The notes: generated by a model from the sequence alone, not told the origin. 64,000 nucleotides of DNA from Mantamonas sphyraenae STR306 (GCA_026936335.1 JAPMXV010000018.1:217266-281265); one strand, 5' to 3'. Positions 8,824 through 21,201 are shown, counted from the stretch's first letter. A program made the numbers and translations.

Positions 8824-9240
8824 TTACTCAGAGGTGGTGTTCTTGGCAACCTGGTTCAGGCGGGTGAAGCGAGCCAGAACCTTGCGCTTGAGATCGGCGC
8901 GGTAGGCGGAGCCAGCGGTCTCGGCGGCCAGGGTCTTGGCAATCTTGCGGAAGCCCTTGCGCTTGGCGTTGAGCTTGAGGTTGCGGTTGCTGCGCGCAGG
9001 GGCCTGGATGCGGTTGCGTTTGTACAGCTTGAAGGTGAGGTCAATCACAAACGGGTTCTCCTTGGAAGCGGTCATGCCCACGGCCGTGCGGTTGGCCAGA
9101 CCCGAGTTGACAAAGCTGTTGACGCCAACAATGTTGTTGGGCTCAGCAGTCAGCCTCTGGCCGTTCACCAGCTTGCCCTTGAGGTAGCTGTTGTTGTTGC
9201 GGGTCAGGGCCCAGATGACATTGGGGGAAGTCGTGCTCAT
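8824..9240 (-). CDS. RPL28: 60S ribosomal protein L28 (eL28)
   Basis: SPNVIWALTRNNNSYL...AEPNNIVGVNSFVNSGLAN...YRADLKRKVLAR, typical of eL28. Confidence 0.9.
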   Translation of the reverse strand: MSTTSPNVIWALTRNNNSYLKGKLVNGQRLTAEPNNIVGVNSFVNSGLANRTAVGMTASKENPFVIDLTFKLYKRNRIQAPARSNRNLKLNAKRKGFRKIAKTLAAETAGSAYRADLKRKVLARFTRLNQVAKNTTSE

Positions 9241-10022
9241 TTCTGCGAGGGAGGATATTGGCAAACGGGCGACGACGATTTGCACACAGGGCGCCGCGCA
9301 GCACGTATGAGTGTGAGTGGGACTGTGTCGACTGGTGTGCAAGGTGAGGACGGCATGTGTGCAGCAGCTGGGCTGCAGCAGGAGCCACGTGGGTGCGTGT
9401 GGTGCGCGTAGGCTTGCCCGACGCAGCCGCAGGTGAAAGCGGGCGGTGGAAAAAAAGCGCATGCGCTGCAGCAGAGGGGCAGGCCACACGCACGCACGCA
9501 GGCACACACGGGCACGACAGACAGCGTATACGATACACAGGACACTCCAGTGGACAGTGGCCATGCGCATGTGGCTGTACATGGCCGTGTGCGACGCCGG
9601 AGAAGGGCCACGTGCCTTGCAGGCGCGAGTGCATGCGCGACAACATCACTTTTCGGTGCGCTGCATGACGCTGTGCCGCTTCTGTGTCCATGGCATGCGT
9701 CGCACACGCTGCTCTGTGCAAGTGCCTTGCCTCTCGTGTGTCTGTGTGCATGTGTGTGTGCGTGTGCACCGTGTACGGCACGCGGAACGGCGGGGCCGAG
9801 GCGCTGCTGCCCTGTAGCTCCCCCTTTTGTGCACACCCACGTGCACACACAAGGGTCACGTGCACATGTACGCGCATGTGTCTGTGTGTGCGTCTGTGTG
9901 TGTGTGCACCTGCTGCTGCTGCATCGATACGGTCTGTGTGGGCACGTACCTCTGTGGTCTGTTTGTTGGCTGGCGGAGCGGGCGCAGGCTCGGTCGCAGC
10001 CAGTTCAACCGCCGGTGCCACA

Positions 10023-11339
10023 ATGGACGACTACTTCAGTGCGGCAGACACGTCGAGGCAGGTGGAGGAGAAGGAGGATGTGGCACTGGACTGCAGTGTG
10101 CGCCAGGGAATCGAACTCGAACTGGATCCCGTGGCGGACATGGGTGGGCACGCAGAGTATGTGTGCAGGGCTGTGGTGCGTGGCAAACTGTTGTTTAGCG
10201 TGGCCCACGACGGTGTGTTGCGCGTGTGGAACGTGGACAGCGAGTCCATCGAGTCGCACGCGTGTGTGCTGGCTCACAGGCTGCCTGCGGCGGAGTTGCA
10301 CGGCTTGGATGTGGACCCGCAGTGCACCCAGGTGTTGGTGGGTGACAACGACGGCGGCGTATATTGGGCCTCGTTCAACGCCACTGCTGCCGTCATGGAT
10401 GCAGGCAACAGCAGTGGGAGCAGCAGTGCCATCAAACAGCTGTTTGCCGGACGTGTGTGCCAGCAGGCCATCAGCACGGTGCTCTTGGATTCTCACGAGC
10501 CCACCCTGGCCTACTGTGTGGCCGACGACGCCCTGTTGCACCAGGTCAGCCGAGATGGGGTGGTGAAGAGTGCAGATCCGCTGCACGAGGGCGAATTGTA
10601 TGCGCTGGCCCAGAGCAATGACGGCCAGACTCTGTTTACGGCGGGCACAGATGCCAAGATTGGCATCTGGCGTGTTTCCGGCCAGGCGGATTCCGCCCCG
10701 CAGGCCCTTGCCTGTATCGAACACGTGGTGACGTCGGCAGTGGCCGATCTGCTTGTGGACAGCCGCAATGTGTTGTGGGCAGCCTGTGACGGCGGCCAGC
10801 TGGCGTCGCTGCAACTGGACGGAGCCCACTGTGTGGCCAGCTGTGTGCGCACGCTGGAGGGCCAGCTGGACCTCACAGCCCTCGACAGCGCCCTGGTGTG
10901 TGTCACAGATGAGGGAAAGCGCATGGAGGCATTGGCAGTGCGCACGGTGGGTGCTGTGGCTGTGTTCCAGCTGGGCGACGACGAGCAACCCATGTGGACG
11001 CAACTGGTCTCGTATGCGGAGGAACACTCTGCAAGCACGGTGCTTGCCTTTGATTCCAATCTGTTTCTGTACACTTCCTACGACGACATGCTGCTCGTGT
11101 ATGATCTGGTGCCGCAGCGTGAACTTGCCGCCCTCATGGGCCACTCCCTGGACGACTTTGTCCACGGGCCCCTCGTCGACGAGATCATCCTCGACGAAGC
11201 AGACATGGCTGAACTCATGCAAGGCATGACCATGGGCCAAGTGGACGAGGATGTGGAAGACCTTGTCGATGACGATGATGATGACGATGATGATGATGAG
11301 GATGAGGATGAGGATGAGGAGAACAGCAGCGCCAAATGA
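10023..11339 (+). CDS. WD40-repeat protein with acidic C-terminal tail
   Basis: GHAEYVCRAV..LFSVAHDGVLRVWN, HEGELYALAQSNDGQTLFTAGTDAKIGIWR, LYTSYDDMLLVYD; poly-D/E tail. Confidence 0.8.
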   Translation: MDDYFSAADTSRQVEEKEDVALDCSVRQGIELELDPVADMGGHAEYVCRAVVRGKLLFSVAHDGVLRVWNVDSESIESHACVLAHRLPAAELHGLDVDPQCTQVLVGDNDGGVYWASFNATAAVMDAGNSSGSSSAIKQLFAGRVCQQAISTVLLDSHEPTLAYCVADDALLHQVSRDGVVKSADPLHEGELYALAQSNDGQTLFTAGTDAKIGIWRVSGQADSAPQALACIEHVVTSAVADLLVDSRNVLWAACDGGQLASLQLDGAHCVASCVRTLEGQLDLTALDSALVCVTDEGKRMEALAVRTVGAVAVFQLGDDEQPMWTQLVSYAEEHSASTVLAFDSNLFLYTSYDDMLLVYDLVPQRELAALMGHSLDDFVHGPLVDEIILDEADMAELMQGMTMGQVDEDVEDLVDDDDDDDDDDEDEDEDEENSSAK

Positions 11340-11373
11340 ACCACCCCAACACCACCACAGAGCACCCGTCACG

Positions 11374-13811
11374 ATGTCGTCGTCCTCATCCTCGTCGTCG
11401 TCGTCGTCGTCCTCGTCATCATCGTCCAGCAGCAGCTCGGGAGGGCCCACGTGGATGCTGCAGCCGCGTGTGATGAATGCAGAGAAGCGGATCAGTGAAG
11501 ACCCCTACGACAACGAGGCCTGGTCCCTCCTGCTCACCGAGGCCAGCAAACAGGACATTGCAGATGCACGCGATCTCTACCAGCGCTTCCTCGACGTCTA
11601 TCCCACCACCGCTCGCGTGTGGAAACAGTATGCCGAGCACGAGGTGCGCGGCGGCCATGTCGACAACGCCCAGCAGCTCCTCCAGCGTGCCCTTCCCCTT
11701 TGTCCAGACATTGATCTGTGGTATGTTGACTTCCCTCCCCTCCCCCCTTCCCCCGCAAATGGCTGCACACCACACACACATTCGCGCACATGTTCCCATG
11801 TGTGCCATGGTGTGTTGCCCGCACACGTCACGTCTCGTCTTCCGCCTTCGCCCTCCCACTCACCGCCGCCAATTCCCCCCCCCGTCCACACCCGCAACAC
11901 ACAACGCCCCCCCTTCACACACACAGGATGTTTTATCTGCGCTTTGTGCAGGCGGTACACAAGAGCGACGAGGAGGAGTTGGACAACCACATGCAGGAGG
12001 CGTACACGTACGCGTTGAAAAACGTGGGCCAGGACTTTCTGGCCGGCGCGCTGTGGAACGAGTACGTGGGCTTCTTGGCCAGCAAGAAGACGGAGAGTGC
12101 GTTTGAGGACGGCCAGAAGTTGGAGATGCGACGCAAGGCCTTCCAAAGCGCCATTGCGGTGCCCACCTCGCACGTGGAAATGTTGTGGAAGGAGTACGAC
12201 GCGTTTGAAAACTCGCACGGCAGCGCCCAGCTGGCCCAAGGCTTGATTGCAGAACACAGCAAGCGATACATGTCCGCACGCACCTGCGTGGCCGAACGCA
12301 AACTGCTGTACACAAACATCAACCGCACACTGTGGGCACGGCCTCCGTGTGGACAGGCCAACGAGACGCAACAGGTGGCGGCGTGGCATCGGTTGCTGGA
12401 GTTTGAACGCAGCGACCCGCAGGGTCTGGCCAGCAGCGCACCCGACCAGCTGCGCACTCGCATCGAGTATACATACCGGGTGGCACTGATGTACATGCGC
12501 CACTACCCCAACTTTTGGCTGCAGTATGCCATGTACCTGTGGCAGGAGCACGCCGACGGGGAAGGCGCCCTGGACGTGTTTCAACAGGGCAGCCAGGCCA
12601 TGCCGGACAATCTGTTGCTTCACTTTGCCATGGCCGACTGGTTGGAACAGCGCAAGATGATCGAACAGGCGCAGGAGGTGTACGAGAAGCTGCTGGACGG
12701 GCCTGCAGCAAACAACGCCCTCGTGCACATCCACTTTATGATGTTTGCACGCAGGTGCAAGGGTGTGCGTGCCGCACGCGTGGTGTTTTCGCAACTGCGC
12801 AAGCGTGACACGTGCAGCCACCAGGTGTGGGTGCACGCTGCCCTCATGGAATTCTTCCTCACCAAGGACGCAGGCATTGCCAACCGCATCTTTGAGGCAG
12901 GCCTGAAGAAGTTTGGCAGCCAGCTGGAGTTTGTGGCCAGCTACGTGGACTTTATGCAGCACCTCAACGAGGAGAACAACATGCGTGTGCTGCTGGAGAA
13001 GCTGCTCAACTCTGCACCCAAGGACAACCTGGCACATCAGCAGCGCATCTGGGACATGTATCTGGAGTTTGAAAAGATGCACGGCGACAGCAGCGCCATC
13101 ACAAAGACACAGAACCGATACCACGAGTTTGTGGGCGACGGCGACCCCACGGGCACGTTGACCCTCATCAAGCGATACCAGATGCACGACATTACTCCGT
13201 GCGACGACCAGCTCGTCGACGTGTACAAGAGTGTGGCCATGATCCACAGCAAGGTGCTACGTGCACAGGGCAAGAGCTCACGCATGCTCAACCAACTGCA
13301 AATCCCCGGTGGAGGCGTCCTCAAGCTGCCCAAGAGCGAGTACGTGACCCCTGTGGCCGACCAGCTCACTCCCTATCCACATCCCGAGGCTGCCAAGTTG
13401 CTGTATCGGCCCCCTGCCAACATTGTGCCTGGCTCTATCAACCTTACGGGCATCAAGACGTTTGTGCCGCCCCGCCTCATTGATTTTACCATGACCCTGC
13501 CGCCGTCGCGTGCCATGCAGGGGTTGCCCGTGCCCGACGCAGACAAGCTGATGCAATTGCTGCTGGCCATGCCACTGCCCTCCACCGTGTACCAGGAGCA
13601 ACAGAGCGAACGTCAACGCCGAGGTCTCAAGCGCACCCGAGCCGACATGGGCCAGGGGGCAGGCGACGACAACGAAGTGGAGTTGGGAGAAACCACCACC
13701 AAGGACGGCCTCAAGCCACGCAAGGGCAAACGCAGCCGAGCAGGCACCGATGTCTTTCAGAAACGGCACAAGGAAGAGGCCCGTCTCGCGGCCATCCAAG
13801 GGTTCAGCTGA
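11374..13811 (+). CDS. CSTF3: Cleavage stimulation factor 77 kDa subunit (CstF-77/Rna14/Suf), HAT repeats; 1 intron
   Basis: EKRISEDPYDNEAW..ARDLYQRFLDVYPTTARVWKQY; intron 11721-11926 (GTATGT..ACAG) restores DLW-MFYLRFV; also IFEAGLKKF and NMRVLLEK. Confidence 0.92.
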
Positions 13812-13909
13812 CGAGTGGAAGAGAGAGGAAGAGGCAATGCACAGTTGAAAGAGTTTGTTTTCAGATGATGATGATGATGACAATGATGATGATGGATGAA
13901 GAACGAGGC

Positions 13910-16090
13910 TCATTCGTCCTGGGCAGGCTCGACAATCTGCGGGATCTGTGGTTTGGAAGGACCACGTGCGCGTGAGCTGCTGGATTCAGACGAGGTGACA
14001 GTTCCGGGCAGATTGACAGCAGCGTCGTCTGCGTCGCCTTCCTTGTCGTCGTCGTCGTCGCCCTCGACGCTCTTTGGCGACGGAGTGTCCTGCTTTGCGC
14101 CACGTCCGCCATTGTCGTTGTCGCGTGGTGTCACGGGTGGTCGCTGGTCCACCACAAGATAGGTGGTGATTGGTTCCGAGCCTCCCTTGGGCACAAAGTC
14201 GCGCTCCTCGAGCTCATAGTCGTCAGCGCGGTCGCAGTTCATCAGCTCGTTGTAGGCCTCCTTGCTCAGCTGCACGCGTCCTGCCACACTGTTGCTCTCC
14301 ATCTTCTCTGCATAGTTGACCGTTTCTCCCCACAAAAAGTAGCGGGGCATGCGCAGGCCGATCACCCCGGCCACCACAGTGCCTGTGTGCACACCCACAC
14401 GGATCTTCAGCGTCTCCCCGGGATACTCTCCGGCATGCATTGGCCGCGTAAAGTTCAGCTTGGCCATCACGCGTTGCATATCCAGAGCCATGTCGACCAC
14501 ACGTGCTGTATGGTCTTCTTGCGGGTCCGGCAGACCCCCCACGCACTGCGAGTCGATGCACACACCGCGTGTCAGCCACACACACACACAGCACTTGTAA
14601 ACACACACGCACACACACACACGCTTCGCACACGTACCATGTATGCATCGCCGATGGTTTCGATCTTGTACACGCCGTGGGTGTCTGTAAGAGCGTCAAA
14701 CTTGCTGTACACCTCGTCCATGAGGTCCACCAGATCGGCCGGCTTCATCGACGCAGCCAGCGATGTGAAGCCCACCACGTCGGACAGCAGCACCGTAACC
14801 TAAATGAATGAGTTGCACAGCGATGTCAGAGTTGAGGGATGGAGAGGGGACGGATGGCGACAAGGCAGCGCGGGAAAAATTGTGTGTGTGCGTGTGTCTG
14901 GGAAGAAGAACGCGGGAAAAAAAACGCACGTTGGACACTTCTTCGGCAGTCTGTGTGGCACCACTCTTCATCTTTTCGACGACAGTGTGAGGAAGCATGG
15001 CGTAGAGGAGGGCCTCGCTCTTGTTGTGTTCGAGGGCGGCGCGACGCTGGTTGAGGTAGTCCTTGCGCAGATAGAGCTCGCCCAGATAGCCAGCGAGCAT
15101 GTTCATGGCGATGGCCACGACAATAAACAGATTGTGCTCGATGTACACTTCCTCGGACACAGACTGTGTCTCGATCTCCAGCACGTAGTAGACGGCTTCA
15201 AAGGTGCCGACGGCCAGGAGGGCCAGCACCGAGGCGTACACAAAGCGCAGGCGGGGCACAAGGAAGCAGAATACGATAAAGAGGGTGATGAAAATGATGC
15301 CCACCGATTGACGGAACAGGGAGATGAGGGAAAATAGGACGCCTGAGCAGACAAAGACGGCCAGCAGGTAGCTCTGCATGTTTTCCAGAAACAGGTCGGA
15401 GTAGGTGAAGCCCACAAAGATGCCCAGGAGAAGAACCACAATGGAGTTGAGGATGATGACCTCGGTGGTGACGCTTTGGTCCAGCAGCTGCACCAGGAAG
15501 AAGAGGATGACCACCGCCTCGGCCACAGCCGTTGCCACACGCACCTGCGACAAGGAAATGGTGGCATGGTGCACAGCAAACGAGGCTTCCAAGGCCGGGT
15601 CCTTGAAGTGCAGAGTTAGAGAGTTGATGGTTGCGTTTTCCAGCTGCGTGCGCTCTTCGCTGTCGTTCATCAGAGACGTGAACTTGTCGTACGACCGCTT
15701 GGGGTCCACATCCTCCATCTCCATGTCCTCTACCTCCTTGTCCTTGTTCTTGCGCAGACCTTGGAACAACGTGGCTGCTCTGGAGCGCACCCGTGATCGG
15801 TGGTCGTCGCTAGACGTGCTTTTGCCGGAGCGGATGCCGCGGCTGCTGCCAGCCGTTTTTCCACCGCGTGACGATTTGCCGTCGTCGCTCCCCTCGCTCG
15901 AAGGCGCCGTGGCGGCCATTGTCACACGCTTCGGCGACGACGAACTGCGTTCCATCGCCGGTGACGATCGACTTGCCGCCAACTGCTCCGGCTCGGGAGA
16001 GTCGCGCAGGTATTTCGCAGCTGTGGAAGCCATCCGGGAGCCTCGAAGAAAAGATTGGCTGTGTTTGCGCTTGTGCTCCGCAAATTCCAT
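13910..16090 (-). CDS. Membrane adenylate/guanylate cyclase (about 6 TM plus one class III cyclase domain); 2 introns
   Basis: TM block, then SEALLYAMLPHTVVEKMK. Introns 14929-14800 and 14637-14546 join VTVLLSDVVGFT, VYKIETIGDAYM-CVGGLP, IRVGVHTGTVVAGVIGLRMPRYFLWGETVNYAEKMES. ETIGD and MPRY are guanylate-cyclase-like. Confidence 0.9.
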
Positions 16091-16094
16091 GCCT

Positions 16095-18274
16095 TCATGC
16101 TTCCTGCACCTTTCCCCCCACCACTCTCCTCTGTGTCAATGTGACCCCTTGTGTGCTTTGCAACCGCCTCTGCTTGATGACGTCTGTGAATTCCGAGGCA
16201 TTGTCGACGAGAAAGGTGTGCTCAGTGGTTTGTGCCTCCTCCTCCTCCTCCTCCTCATCCTCCTCATCCTCCTCCTCGCCCTCTGCTGTGGAGATCCGCG
16301 TTTGGCGGAACATGAGTGTGATGCACTTTTCGTTGGACTTGCGATGGCGGATGCGTACGAGCTTGCCAATGGGCATGTAGGCATCCGTGCGTGCAAACTG
16401 CATCGCCTTTGCCTCTCCGACAGGCTCCAGTTCCACCAGCACATCACTGTGGCCACGCACAAGCAACACCCTTGCATGTGCTTGCTTCTCCATCACTCGG
16501 TAGCTGCGAAACAGCAGGTCGGCCTCCTCATCGGCCACCCAATCACGCAAACTGCGCGTGACTCCCACCTCTGCCGCAGCCTCCGCAGCCTCTGCCTTTT
16601 CACGTGCCTTTGCCTTGGCCTCCTCTACATCTCGCTGCGTCTGTCCTGGCTCATGAGCAACCTCACCCAGCTCCTCCATCCCTGTGACAATGCGTGTGCG
16701 CAGCCGTCCGATACCGTTCATCAGTCGCCCCTTGAGTGCCCCAGCCAGTCCCGAGGACGACATCAGCAAGCCCGAACCTTGGTTGTCCGTATTTTCATCC
16801 GTCTGCAAGTCCTGCTGCACAGCCATGGCATCCTCGATGTCAGCCGCGCGTCCTCGCCCGCACATGCTGCACATTCGCCCTCGTTGTGGTCCTGCAACAC
16901 CTCCATCTCCTTGCGAAGCACCAGGTCGTGCACACTCTCATACCCTCCTTCCAGACGGGACACGCGCTTGAAGCCCCGCTGCAGGAAGCACAGCACAAAC
17001 GAATCCACAACCTGTGCCGCAAGCTGTTCCTGCACACTGGGCACGATATCCACCGCCGCCGACGTTGTCGACGTCGACGACGCTGCGTCCACACCCATTG
17101 TATCGCCTGTGTCCTGTATGTTTGAGCCCCCGGCAAGTGGATTCACCTGTCCCGCATTGCCAAACAGCAGCAAGTGGCAATCGCCCAACTCTGCAAACGT
17201 GTCCACGGCCTTGGCCAGGGCCTCTGGGTCTGCCAACAACGCAGGATCCAAATGGAATGCAGTCGCAAGGTGGCCAGCATACTTGTACTGGCGTGCGGAG
17301 CGACAGTCCAACAACAAGAAGCGGATGCCGGCTCCGCTGCCGGCCAGACCTTCGACCACCTCTTCTGCGCTCACTGGCAAACATAGCCTGGAGCTGTAAT
17401 ACGCGCCCACCTTACGTGTCACCACCTGGCTGCGCTCCTTGGACACCATGTTGAACAGCTGGGCTTTAAAGGTGCGCGGCGTGTCGAGCTGCAGCGCCAA
17501 GGCGGTTTCCACGAGCGAATCCACCCACTCGGCCTCCATAGTCAGGGAACTCACACATGTGGGCAATTCGCTCACCTCTGTGTGCATGATTTGTTCGCGG
17601 TGCAGCATAAGAAAGGCCAGCGCCACGAAAAAGTGCAGCGTTGGGTCGTCCTGAACCAGGTACCGGTCCCACAGCTCCAGCAACACGTCCATGTCCAGTT
17701 TGGAGGCAAACATGGTCACAAACCACGGCGTGGCATACAGCTCGGGGCCAACGCCAAACTGGTCCAAGAACTTGCACAACGGCGGATCTGCGTACAGCAG
17801 CAGCAGGCGGAACAGGTGCAACGTGGCCTGCACACACTCCATGTCCGCTGCAAAGATGTTGCGGCAGAACCGGTTGACAAACGCGTAAAAGGCATTAAAG
17901 GCGCCGCTTTCGCTCAACCCCAGCGTAAGAAACGGTGCAAGCACCTCGTGCAGCCCCTGCACGTACGCCATGGAGCGCCTCTTGCAGAAAAAGGTCAACA
18001 TGGCACGCAGTGTCTCCTGTGTCTCCTGCGTCTGGAACAGTTCCATGTCCTGTCGTGTGCGCATGCAGTCTGCGTCCAGCGTCTTTTGGTGTTCCACGTC
18101 GAATTTGCCGTCAAACAGGCTCATAGAGTCCCCCTGCAGCCGGTTGGACTTGAGCAGCACCGACCACACATCTGCCCTCTCGTCCGCCTCCACCTGGCCT
18201 CCTGCAGCCACCACTGCTGCCCGCACCTTGTCGGCGTTGGGTCGTTTCGCCTTGAGCAGCTCGGAAACCGACAT
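16095..18274 (-). CDS. TBC1D23: TBC1 domain family member 23 (TBC + rhodanese + C-terminal PH-like); one apparent frameshift near 16845
   Basis: YVQGLHEVLAPF, GPELYATPWFVTMFA, LLLDCRSARQYKYAGHLATAFHLD (rhodanese), FLQRGFKRVSRLEGGY. The C-terminal PH-like part (LVRIRHRKSNEKCITLMF) is in the other frame, ORF 16095-16874. Confidence 0.85.
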
Positions 18275-18351
18275 GGTTGCGTTGGGAGACGGTGGGCATG
18301 GATATCTCAAAGCACACACACAGACAGACAACACACGCCACGCACAACAAT

Positions 18352-19566
18352 TCATTGCTGCTTCTTCTTGCGCTCCTTGCGCTTTTGCTCACGCTTCTCT
18401 TTGCGTTTCTGTTCGCGCTTGGCTTCCATTTTGGCCTCCTTGAGTTGTGCTCTGGCCTCCTCCTTGCGTTCGGCATCGCGTTGGTCGAGTCCGTCCAGCA
18501 CTCCGTATTGATGGTAGGCCAGCAACGCATACAGGACAAGGGTGCCTGAGGCCGAGCCGGTGATCAACGAGTTGTCCAGCGAAACCTTGTCCAGGGGCAT
18601 GAGGGAGGCAAAGAGGTTGTTGACCATGTGCAGTGCAATGGGTTCGTACAGGTTGCGTGTGATGAGGGCGCGGCTGGAGTAGACAAAGCCGATGAGGGAG
18701 CCCATGGTGACTTGCATGAGCACGTACAGGCCGTGGTACTGGGCAACGGCAATGTTGACAAAGTGGAACACGCCAAAGGCGGTGGCTGCAAACATGGCTG
18801 CGGAGCGACGCGTGCCAAACCGATGCAGGGCCTGTTGGAGCATGACGCCGCGAAAGGCCACCTCTTCAAACACAGGCGCCAGCAGGAGCATGTTGACCAC
18901 CGTCATGTACTCCAAGCCCTCCTGATGGCCCACAAGGTAGTTGGTGAAGCCATAGAGCCAGTTGTTGGTCCGCCACTGGATGGTGAGGAGTAGGAGGAAC
19001 CCTGCGACGTGGGCGAGCATCAAACCCAGGCCGTACAGCGACACCCAGGGACTGTGCAGTCCCAAAAGACGCCAATAGCGCGCCACACTCATGTTGCGGG
19101 TGTAGGAGTAGCGGCACACGTAGTAGAGGAGCATAAATAGGGATTTGGCCACAAACATGTTGATGGGAAGCTGGATGGCCTCCGCGTCGCGGCTGAGCAC
19201 ACAGCGCAGCATGGGCCACGCGTCCTGGTAGCAGGTGGTGGCCACGGCGGTGAAGAATGGGTCCGCCACGGCTGTGTCGTTGACAAAACGGGGAAGCGCC
19301 GCTTTGACGCAGTCCGTTTGGCAGGGCAGCGCGGCTGCAAGCATTTGAGCACGGCTGCGCTGCAGCTCCGGCGCCGTGTCCAGACGGTACTTGACAAACA
19401 GATAGTGGCCCAACGTAATGAGAATGACGAATTCCAGAATGCAGATGGCCGCTTCCATGATGCCCATGGCCACACGCGCCACGTATTTTGTGGAGGAGGA
19501 TGACGACTCGCCGTCAGCGGCTGCAGAAGAAGACGAAGAGGACGAAGAGGATGATGAACGCGCCAT
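18352..19566 (-). CDS. CPBP/Abi family (CAAX type II) intramembrane metalloprotease
   Basis: LLAPVFEEVAFRG, AFGVFH and ALHMVNN motifs; multiple TM helices. Confidence 0.85.
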   Translation of the reverse strand: MARSSSSSSSSSSSAAADGESSSSSTKYVARVAMGIMEAAICILEFVILITLGHYLFVKYRLDTAPELQRSRAQMLAAALPCQTDCVKAALPRFVNDTAVADPFFTAVATTCYQDAWPMLRCVLSRDAEAIQLPINMFVAKSLFMLLYYVCRYSYTRNMSVARYWRLLGLHSPWVSLYGLGLMLAHVAGFLLLLTIQWRTNNWLYGFTNYLVGHQEGLEYMTVVNMLLLAPVFEEVAFRGVMLQQALHRFGTRRSAAMFAATAFGVFHFVNIAVAQYHGLYVLMQVTMGSLIGFVYSSRALITRNLYEPIALHMVNNLFASLMPLDKVSLDNSLITGSASGTLVLYALLAYHQYGVLDGLDQRDAERKEEARAQLKEAKMEAKREQKRKEKREQKRKERKKKQQ

Positions 19567-21175
19567 AATGGAGAGATGAGGTTGACTGTGTGTGTGCGTG
19601 TGCGTGTGCGGATCGGGTTGGGGCAGAGTACGCGGAAAGGGGCATCATCCATTGAAGGTTCCACACCTCGCGTGGCGCATCCTCGGCCCAGCTTTGGCTG
19701 TCGCGGCCCAAATGGATGACGAGACAGCCGACAGTTGGGTCCTGGAGCAGGATGACGACGGCATCCTCGGGGACGTTGAGGGAGGTGGATGGGGTGCGGA
19801 CAACAACGTCCACGTCATCCGCAACGTCCCAGCCCTCCAATACAGGACAGGCACGTGTGACACAGGCCACACGGCGTCCATTGGTGTCATGGATGGACCA
19901 ATCGACGAGGACAACGTTGTGGACGGTGCCGGAGAAGTGGCCTGCTTTCCAGGGCATCTCCAGGGCGCCTTCCACACGCATGTACGTGTCGCTGGACACG
20001 GCACGAAGGCTGTTGATCCCTGTGCTGGCTGACATCACATCGTCGCCCTTGACCAGACAATTCACGTGGCCGTCCCCTGTGTGCTGCGGCGTCAGCATGC
20101 TCACGTGTTCGTGCAACAGTGAGGATCCCGGGGTTCTGATCTGCAGGTGCATCGACGCAGATGTCATGTCCTGTTCCGATGCTTCATACACCACCTTTTG
20201 TGCCGTCAATTCACTTGATGCACGCAAAGGTTCGCGCACAAACGTCGCTTTGTCCACCAGATCCCACAGGTTGCCTTGTCCCTTCCTGCTGTTTCGGCTA
20301 CTGCTGCTGCTGCTGCTTGCACTGCTGCTGCTGCTGCCTTGTGCGCCTCCGTCTGTGCGCGTGTAGTCCGCTCCCAAGAGCAGGTCGAGACGTAGGCGTT
20401 CGCGATCCAGGGTACCAAAGACAAACGCCAGCTCAGGCAGATTCCCGTCACTGTCCTCAGTATCCACCCCACTCGCATTCGTGGGTGGAAACACACCGGC
20501 CAGCAGGGAGTACCCGCAGCCCAGCTGCGCTTCGTACAACGTCAACGTGTCGTCCTGGCTCACCACGCGCCATGTGTCTGTGTCGTCGTCCTCCATGTCC
20601 AATTGGACATCTACCAGAGATTCCCACAACTGCGATGCTGCGCCACGGTTGTCCAGACAGGCCGAGATGCGCAACGGAAGCGCGTGCGTTTCGTCGCGCC
20701 AGGTCGATCCGGAGCTGTTGCGAGTCAGCAACACGGGCTGCTTCACAGCTGCGTTTGGAAACGACACGCGCAGACTAAACACGTCGGCAAACGGCTTGAT
20801 GCGCTGTCCCTTGAGTTCCATGGACACCTGCGTGCCAATGTGCAGCCAGAAGCGTGCCTTGACACTCTGTGTGCTCAGCCGTGACCCTGCGTTCCGATAC
20901 CATGTGCGCAGGCGTATCCAATGACGCACACAGTACAAGTTGATCCACCAGCGCCGTTCGTCCACGCCGTGTTTGAGCAGCATCACCTCTGCTTTGGTGC
21001 GCCACTTTTCGTCCGTGTCCCGCTCCACCAGTGCCCGCCACACACGCTCATCCATCAAGGCTTTGTGCCAGTACGAGTTTACCTGCGACGCACACACCAC
21101 GTCATTTATCCTCATGTGACTGCACACCCGCGCAAGCACTTCGAATGGCAATCCATCCGTCCAACCGCGCCCCAT
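19514..21175 (-). CDS. F-box protein, FBXO15-like
   Basis: F-box LPFEVLARVCSHMRINDVVCASQVNSYWHKALMDERVWR. The C-terminal MPWKAGHFSGTVHNVVLVDWSIHD resembles FBXO15. The 3' end is uncertain (see findings). Confidence 0.7.
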   Translation of the reverse strand: MGRGWTDGLPFEVLARVCSHMRINDVVCASQVNSYWHKALMDERVWRALVERDTDEKWRTKAEVMLLKHGVDERRWWINLYCVRHWIRLRTWYRNAGSRLSTQSVKARFWLHIGTQVSMELKGQRIKPFADVFSLRVSFPNAAVKQPVLLTRNSSGSTWRDETHALPLRISACLDNRGAASQLWESLVDVQLDMEDDDTDTWRVVSQDDTLTLYEAQLGCGYSLLAGVFPPTNASGVDTEDSDGNLPELAFVFGTLDRERLRLDLLLGADYTRTDGGAQGSSSSSASSSSSSSRNSRKGQGNLWDLVDKATFVREPLRASSELTAQKVVYEASEQDMTSASMHLQIRTPGSSLLHEHVSMLTPQHTGDGHVNCLVKGDDVMSASTGINSLRAVSSDTYMRVEGALEMPWKAGHFSGTVHNVVLVDWSIHDTNGRRVACVTRACPVLEGWDVADDVDVVVRTPSTSLNVPEDAVVILLQDPTVGCLVIHLGRDSQSWAEDAPREVWNLQWMMPLSAYSAPTRSAHAHAHTQSTSSLHYGAFIILFVLFVFFCSR

Positions 21176-21201
21176 GTGCCGCAAAGAAATTCCCCTTGGC
21201 C

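Noticed and set aside
15405-17399. Long antisense or alternative-frame ORFs (also 26005-27372, 29031-30443, 42405-43796, 11598-13247)
   Set aside because: They overlap well-supported genes on the opposite strand; stop-codon scarcity in GC-rich DNA explains them.
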